Positions 58,801 to 64,000 of a DNA stretch of 64,000 nt are shown piece by piece. A program made the position numbers and the translations under genes. A model generated the notes under the pieces. It worked only from the letters and a program-made list of their open reading frames with translations, was not told the origin of the DNA and did not search any database. The number at the start of each line of letters is the position of its first letter. Position 1 is the first letter of the stretch. This stretch comes from an uncultured Planctomycetaceae bacterium (GTDB lineage Bacteria; Planctomycetota; Planctomycetia; Isosphaerales; Isosphaeraceae): positions 576,001 to 640,000 of the forward strand of contig CAWIAD010000002.1 of the NCBI GenBank assembly GCA_963833985.1. The letters are read 5' to 3'.

Positions 58801-61800
58801 CGTTCGACGGACCATGGTTCACGGCCGTGATCGTGTAAACCAGGTTCACGCCTGCGTAGTTCGGCGCGGGGGTGGTGGCGATGGAGCTGATGGCGAGGTC
58901 GGTCACAGGCGCGACCGCCGTGACCGTCGTGATGCTGGTGGGGCTGCCGGTGTTCGTATCCGTGGTAGTGACGCTCGCGCTGTTGCTCACCTGGGGGACA
59001 GCGGCGGAGCCGACCGTGACGTCGATCGTCACCGTGGCCGTGCTGTTGGCCGGGACCGTGCCGACGGCCGCGGTGACGATGCCGTTGCTCTGCGTGATCT
59101 TGGCTCCGGCGATCGAGCTTGTGCCCGACTGGTAGATGACATTGGCGTCGAGGGTATCGGTCACCACCACGCCGGGAGCCGGCTCGGAGCTGCTGTTGGT
59201 GAGCGTAATCGTGTACACGAGCGTGCTGCCGACGTACACCACCGTGCCCGTGCTGGGCTGGGCGGTCACGCCGATGCTCAGACTCGTGACGGCCTGCGAC
59301 GTGACATCCTGTCCGAACTCGGAGGTATTGCCGCTGGGATCAGTCGCCGTGGCCGTGACATACGATCCGGTCGGCACGGACACTCCGGTCAAGAGAGCCG
59401 TGAAGCTGGCGTTACTGCTGCTATCGGTGGTGACCATCGCCGATCCCAGGTAGGTCTGGCCCTGGCCGTACCCGGAGGGGTCCGCCGCGACGTTCGAGAA
59501 AAACTGGACCAGGAAAGTGGTGCTGGGCGCGGCGTTCAGGCTGCCCTGGATGGTGGTGTCGCCAGAGCTGGAGACGGCCGAGGTCAGTACGGGGTAGTTC
59601 TGGAAGTTGTTCGGCCCCGAGCCGGGTGTGACGCCCGGAGGCCAGGGGTGGTTTGGCGTCGGTCCATTGGCGAAGTTGATGCCCAGGCCGCCATTGCCGA
59701 AGATCGAGTTCGAGAGGATGGAGTTCTCATTCACGTTGAACGTGAATTCGATTCCATTGCCACTGTTGTGGGCGATGATGTTCCCCGCGCCGGATGTCGT
59801 GCCGCCGATGGTGATGTTGTTGGACCAGAGGTCGATGCCCGCCCCGCTATTGCCCAGGTTCAGCGTGCCCGTGGGATCGGTGCCAATCCAGTTTCCCTCG
59901 ATGACCGTGCCGGCGCCGCTGCCGACCGTGAAGTCGATGCCGTCGCCGTTGTTAGACGAGATGATGTTCCCGGCGCCGGGCGCCGTGCCGCCGATGGTGT
60001 TATTCAGCGGCCCGGCGATGCGGATACCGACCTTGCCGTTGGGCAGGGCCTTGATGCCCGTGACATCAACGCCAATGTAATTCCCCTGGATCACCTCGTA
60101 GCCCACGGAGTTCAGCGTGAAGCTATCCATGCCGCCGGAGGCGTTGCCCGAGATGATGTTGCGGGCGGCCGCCGACGTGCCGCCCACGGTGGCATAGGAG
60201 GCGTCGTTCCAGAGGATCCCCACTCCGTTGCCAATTGCCAGTGTCCCGGTGGCATCGGTTCCAATGAAGTTGCCCTGCACGAGTGCGTTGTCGCCCGCGC
60301 CCAGTGCGATGCCGTCGCTCTTGTTCCCCGAGATCAGGTTCCGCGCGCCGGAGACGGTGCCGCCGATCGTGGTGTTGTCCGCCCCGTGCTGCCAGATGCC
60401 GTCGTTGTTGTTGGGCACGGCCGCCAGGCCGCTCGGGCTCAAACCGATGATGTTCCCCTCGATCAGCGTGGCGGAGGAATTTGCCTGCAAGGCGGCATTG
60501 GCCAGCTCGATGCCGTTCTGCGTGTTCCCCGAGATCACGTTCCCGGCGCCCGTCGCGGTTCCACCGATCGTCGTGCCCGAGGAGGTGAGGATCTGGATGC
60601 CGTCGATCACATTGGGCACCGGAGAGGTGCCGCCGGAGTTCGTGCCGATGAAGTTCCCCTGGACGAGCGTATTCGTGTTGCCGTAGTCGGTTCCGCTGAT
60701 CGTCAGGACGTCCAGCAGAATTCCGTTCTGCGTGTTGCCCGAGATCAGGTTGTCGAGGATGTGCGTACCCTGAACACCCTGAAGGTGCACGCCATTCCTG
60801 GAATTGGGCAATGCCGCCAACCCGTCCGGCGTGGTTCCGATCAGGTTCCACTCGACCACGTTGTTGCTTGCGGACCCGCTCGACTGGCTGATGAGCACGC
60901 CATCGGTCGTGTTCCCCGAGATCACGTTGCCCGCCGCGGCCGACGTGCCGCCCAGCGTATTCTGGCTGGAGAGCAGGATCACGCCGCCCGCCGTGTTGCC
61001 CAGGTTCGTATCGCCGCTCGCATCGGTGCCAACGAAGTTGCCCTCGACCTGAGTGCCCGTGGAGGTGCCCATGATCTGGATGCCCGCGCTGCCGTTGGCG
61101 GCGATCACGTTGCCGGCCCCGGCTGCCGTCCCGCCGATCAGCACGTTCGCTGGACCGTCTAAGAGCACGCCGTTGCCGCCGTTGCCAAGCGGGACGTACG
61201 TGAACCCGCTGCTGGACTTCATGGTGAACTGCTGGATCCAGGTCCCCCAGTTGGCGCCCTGCTGCGTGGCGATCGCGTACTCGTTGACCGCCCAGAGGCT
61301 GCCGCTGGCGGGGTCCACAGCCATCCCGCTGTAGGTGCCCACGAGAAACGGAGATGTATCGAAGCCGGCATACGTGGCCACGCCGGCCTGCACCAGGACG
61401 GGCTTCAGCATCACGCCGGGGCTCGCGCCTTTGAGCTGCCCGGTCACGTACATCGACATGAACTCGGTGCTCGACGATTCCATGAATGTCATGCCGAGAT
61501 TCCCGTTCGGATCGATCTCGATCGACGGGTAGAACGTGGCGACGCCCGTCCCCTGGTTGATGTTTCCGCTTTGCACCAGGGAGGGCGTGAACTGGGGATT
61601 GGTCGAGTCGGTGCTGAACTCGTACCAGCGGGCGTTGGGATCGCTATTGCCGTTGTCGATCGTGTGCGCGGCGACCAGGCGATTGTTCCGCCAGGCCACG
61701 CTCAGCATGCGGATGTCGCCGGTAAAGAGCGTGTTCGAGGAGCCTTGCTGGTTGGCATTCGTCGGATCCAGGTAGGTGGGAACGGTGAGCTGGGTGTCCG

Positions 61801-63388
61801 TGAACGACGAGGAAGCACTCAGCGGATTGGCCCAGGTGAGCACATGAACGTCATTGTAGTTGCCCAGGAACTGGTTGTCGGCCTCCACGAAGTACATCGG
61901 GTCGCCGGGCGCGGCACCGTGCATCACCGCCGGCGCGTCGCCGAAGTCGCTGGCGCGGTCGAGCGAGACCGTGGCCAGGTTGGCGGAGCCGATCGAGCTG
62001 GTGGCAATCGAGAGAATTTGCACGTTACTGAAGACGACACTCGAGTAGCCGAACATGTTAAAAGTGAACACAATTGCGTCGGCATTGAAGCCAAAGCGGG
62101 GAAAGTCGGCCTGGTTGCTTCCCTCTTCCACGCTGATGCGATACATGTTCGAGCTCGAAAAGCTGGTCTCGTTCCCCACGTCGGAGAAGGCGATATCGAG
62201 GTACGATTCCGCGGAACCGATCGGCTCCTCAAGCGCCGCAACGACGTATCGCTTGGCAATGTCGTCATAGAAGACCATTGCCTGCCCCGGGTCCGAGGTG
62301 GCACTGGGGAAAAAGCTCATGAGCTGCGTCGTGGAGATGATGCTTCCCGACTTGCTGCTGATGCGCAGCGTCGTGTTCACCACCTCGATCACGCTGGACT
62401 GGCCGGCGGCCACCATGTCATCAGGCGGCACGTATCCGCTGGTATCGTTGAACTGCATGCCAGCGAAGCCGGTGCCGATGTTGAGCCCTTGCGCGGTAGG
62501 CACCTTTCCCGCGCCAATGGCGTTGCCCTGGATCACGTCGCTGCTGGTTCCCGACGTGCCGCCGTTGATGCCTGCGCCCGAGTTTCCGGAAATGACGTTA
62601 CCCGCGCCCGTGGCCGTGCCGCCGATCGTGTCGTTACTGCTCAACCCCAGCAGGATGCCGGCCTGCTTGTTCCCCAGCGCAATCGCGGCGCTGACATCGG
62701 TTCCGATGTCGTTCCCCTCGACCAGGTTGCCATTCGAGGCCGAGGCGGCACCGATGCTCAACCCCGCACCCGTGTTGCCCGAGATGACGTTGCGGTCGTT
62801 CACGCCCGTGCCGCCGATCGTGTTGTTCGAGCAGCCGTTAATGAGTATGCCCACGCTGTTGGGAGCGGCCTTCGTGCCATCGGCCGTGGTCCCGATGAAG
62901 CAGCCGGCCACGTGGTCTCCACCCAGCGACTGGAGCGTGATCCCAGGTCCCGGGCTGTTGCCGATCGCCAGCGCACGGATGGTCGAGCCGCCCGCCGACA
63001 CCGTGAGCACCGACTGCGTCGCGGAGAGCGCCGTGCCGTCGATATCAATCAGCGGCGTGCCCGGGTAGCCGCTCTGGCTCGAGCCGTCGATCGTCATCGG
63101 CTGGACAATCACGGGAAGGGCAGAGCTCAATGTGATCGTCTGCACGCCGCTGCCGGTGATCGCGAAATCGATGAGCCGCGGCGTTGATGCGTCCAGGTTG
63201 GCCTGGGTGATGCAGTAACGCAGATCGCCGCTGTTGCCCGAACCCGTCCCCGTGTCCGCTGTGCTGTTCACCGTCCAGGTTGCCAGTAACTCTCTCCGCT
63301 CCAGGATCTCGAGATCGAACCGGTTCCTGTGACGCCGTACACTCACTGATCGGGTACGCCATGCCGGTGTGGATGTGCGATGGATCAT
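55835..63388 (-). CDS. 2517-aa planctomycete surface protein: beta-helix repeats, inserted domain, six DUF11 repeats, Calx-beta, C-terminal Ig-like region
   Basis: LEILERRELLA N-terminal motif; many IGGT..GNVISGN..GI coils; six YTIT..N.GPS..TGV units; IEFSAGAYAVPEN (Calx-beta). Confidence 0.9.
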   Translation of the reverse strand: MIHRTSTPAWRTRSVSVRRHRNRFDLEILERRELLATWTVNSTADTGTGSGNSGDLRYCITQANLDASTPRLIDFAITGSGVQTITLSSALPVIVQPMTIDGSSQSGYPGTPLIDIDGTALSATQSVLTVSAGGSTIRALAIGNSPGPGITLQSLGGDHVAGCFIGTTADGTKAAPNSVGILINGCSNNTIGGTGVNDRNVISGNTGAGLSIGAASASNGNLVEGNDIGTDVSAAIALGNKQAGILLGLSSNDTIGGTATGAGNVISGNSGAGINGGTSGTSSDVIQGNAIGAGKVPTAQGLNIGTGFAGMQFNDTSGYVPPDDMVAAGQSSVIEVVNTTLRISSKSGSIISTTQLMSFFPSATSDPGQAMVFYDDIAKRYVVAALEEPIGSAESYLDIAFSDVGNETSFSSSNMYRISVEEGSNQADFPRFGFNADAIVFTFNMFGYSSVVFSNVQILSIATSSIGSANLATVSLDRASDFGDAPAVMHGAAPGDPMYFVEADNQFLGNYNDVHVLTWANPLSASSSFTDTQLTVPTYLDPTNANQQGSSNTLFTGDIRMLSVAWRNNRLVAAHTIDNGNSDPNARWYEFSTDSTNPQFTPSLVQSGNINQGTGVATFYPSIEIDPNGNLGMTFMESSSTEFMSMYVTGQLKGASPGVMLKPVLVQAGVATYAGFDTSPFLVGTYSGMAVDPASGSLWAVNEYAIATQQGANWGTWIQQFTMKSSSGFTYVPLGNGGNGVLLDGPANVLIGGTAAGAGNVIAANGSAGIQIMGTSTGTQVEGNFVGTDASGDTNLGNTAGGVILLSSQNTLGGTSAAAGNVISGNTTDGVLISQSSGSASNNVVEWNLIGTTPDGLAALPNSRNGVHLQGVQGTHILDNLISGNTQNGILLDVLTISGTDYGNTNTLVQGNFIGTNSGGTSPVPNVIDGIQILTSSGTTIGGTATGAGNVISGNTQNGIELANAALQANSSATLIEGNIIGLSPSGLAAVPNNNDGIWQHGADNTTIGGTVSGARNLISGNKSDGIALGAGDNALVQGNFIGTDATGTLAIGNGVGILWNDASYATVGGTSAAARNIISGNASGGMDSFTLNSVGYEVIQGNYIGVDVTGIKALPNGKVGIRIAGPLNNTIGGTAPGAGNIISSNNGDGIDFTVGSGAGTVIEGNWIGTDPTGTLNLGNSGAGIDLWSNNITIGGTTSGAGNIIAHNSGNGIEFTFNVNENSILSNSIFGNGGLGINFANGPTPNHPWPPGVTPGSGPNNFQNYPVLTSAVSSSGDTTIQGSLNAAPSTTFLVQFFSNVAADPSGYGQGQTYLGSAMVTTDSSSNASFTALLTGVSVPTGSYVTATATDPSGNTSEFGQDVTSQAVTSLSIGVTAQPSTGTVVYVGSTLVYTITLTNSSSEPAPGVVVTDTLDANVIYQSGTSSIAGAKITQSNGIVTAAVGTVPANSTATVTIDVTVGSAAVPQVSNSASVTTTDTNTGSPTSITTVTAVAPVTDLAISSIATTPAPNYAGVNLVYTITAVNHGPSNATGVIVTDTLPSLTDIGSISAVTSISGVTPTVNGNVVTADFGDLASGTPVTVTITVTPNAAAVADSPLSNTATITGNEFDSNTGNNTQTTTNTISPAADLQVVISPNPTPVDAGMQVTYTITATNNGPSDATGVVVTDTIPGDVTFVSATGGVTPDSKNVITFAAVDLANSKSAIFQVIVSTMGTSASPTTDMATVAGDQFDPNSSNDTASVSVPVIPVSDLQVGMTATTGPVYVGDQITYTITASNAGPSAEPAAVLTDNVPTSLSIVSATTSLPGVDPVIVGNVVTADLGSLAVGGTPVTMTIIVTPQAAAAGQVTNSVTISGQNADTSPQNNTAKSVTTVVPSADLAVNVSAPTSSLAGQPLEYTITATNNGPSPATGVTVIDVLPPLPTDVTFVSATGGVTPDSSGKLTFNVGDLAVQASVTLVITVTPTAAAVGHSPLTDTATIAGNEHDPDTTSNTSHALTTIAPAVDLSVTQFTATPEPIELGGKINYTLVVTNCGPSPATALVVTSPLGNATYVAGSGTVSPSGTVSLVGSDVVANVSTLAAGASFTVTYALVPSAFGTFNATTRVAANETDTDTSNNSASASTTVLDHVGTIEFSAGAYAVPENAASATLTVNRVDGLRGTITVNYQTVAINATPGLDYTPVSGTLTFAPGISSQTIVVPVLANPYDSHDELVGVVLNGIQTFIPAGLPGQAILGSPSNATLTIQDIDPNHTPLTVTNVQWTGTTQNIRQIFVTFNKPLIAGTAVDPNNYALVNVGADGRYGTLDDTGVPLEAPSYTSSIWTVTLTPAQPLRANQFFHLQINGLSPGGVEDIGGNMLAGNGSTPATDYTAMIARGTNLRYYTSSGDQVNLKITGGGILDDWMSGTGQGIKLSVVGEVPHHTVLSGTLRKTRTSSGMAYLGNTLWGLGSFGDVRVKLHSPPFLISQYPFAPGSTVAGTRISAGVVNASSSSVKPAASRLTHRTSAVASAAMKRPFHAFRR

Positions 63389-63628
63389 GACAGAGCCTCA
63401 CGTCGAGAAGTTCATAGATGAAAGCGACCCGCGCAGTCGCGACCCCCATGAGCGCCGCCAGCATCACCCGCTAGAAAGGATGAATCGAGAGTGAATGAGC
63501 GACGTTTAGGGGATATGGGCAATATGCGCCCACAAAAAACATAACGATCACAGGTTCCCATGCACCAGCTCTTTTTTCAATGGTGCACTTTTTTTCTGAA
63601 CCTGAAGGAATTCGTAGAAGGTATCGGG

Positions 63629-64000
63629 TCATTTCGGAACCGTCAGGCCCTGGGGATCGTCGACGACCAGGTAATGGCCATGGTCCGACGAAACGATCAT
63701 GATCGATTCGTCCCAGTTGCTATGGGTTTCGACCCATCGGGCAACGGTTTGAACGGCGGCGTCGCCGCTGAAAATCGCACCGATCGCGTTATCGAGGTTG
63801 TTTCCGTGGAGCGCGAAGTCGACATCGCCCGCCTCCACGAACAGAATGAACTGCGAATCCCGCGGCGCCGCGAGTACGCGGAGCGCCGCCGCAGTCATCT
63901 CGGCGAGCGTCGGCTGCGAATCGATCTCCTCGGGCGAGTACTTTTCCGCAGGCGCGGGCTGGCCTCTGCGGCCGAGGCTCGGAGCCGGGTCATAACGGCC
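63629..64000 (-). CDS. Alkaline phosphatase, C-terminal part (5' end outside the window)
   Basis: QPTLAEMT.AAL, VEAGDVDFALHGN, IVSSDHGH. Confidence 0.85.
   Translation of the reverse strand, partial: GRYDPAPSLGRRGQPAPAEKYSPEEIDSQPTLAEMTAAALRVLAAPRDSQFILFVEAGDVDFALHGNNLDNAIGAIFSGDAAVQTVARWVETHSNWDESIMIVSSDHGHYLVVDDPQGLTVPK

Noticed and set aside
4537..63187. Long opposite-strand ORFs (e.g. 4537-6738, 10622-12934, 26595-28235, 49204-50730, 58814-61162, 61571-63187)
   Set aside because: Shadow frames of well-supported genes in GC-rich DNA; no recognisable motifs
63561..63587. NtrC binding site
   Set aside because: Half-sites match but are spaced 10 nt wider than the canonical TGCAC-N7-GTGCA

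Overview
GC-rich chromosomal window from a planctomycete, most similar to the Isosphaeraceae. The lineage is inferred from the LERRELLA N-terminal motif on a giant surface protein, DUF4058 genes, planctomycete-type ECF sigma factors, a Ser/Thr kinase and sulfatases. It holds about 42 genes for carbohydrate and sulfate-ester use, signalling, Kdo/LPS, central carbon metabolism, stress and the cell surface. It also has one intact IS1634-family element (19-bp IRs, 6-bp TSD), an orphan SBD-HNH nuclease and a 945-bp mosaic tandem duplication. No rRNA, tRNA or CRISPR array was seen. Twelve 1-2 nt frameshifts in otherwise intact genes look like long-read consensus errors, and most sit on GCGC. Best leads: (1) a candidate CsrA/RsmA-sequestering sRNA after fbaB with three C-AGGGAN-G hairpin loops, plus a matching hairpin over the kdsD ribosome-binding site; (2) a ~1310-aa single-chain LptC-(LptA)n-like protein in the lptC/lptA position after kdsD-kdsC; (3) sigma54-type promoters in front of general-stress-type genes; (4) an ECF sigma factor fused to an RND adaptor. 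All family calls come from motif recognition by eye, not database searches.
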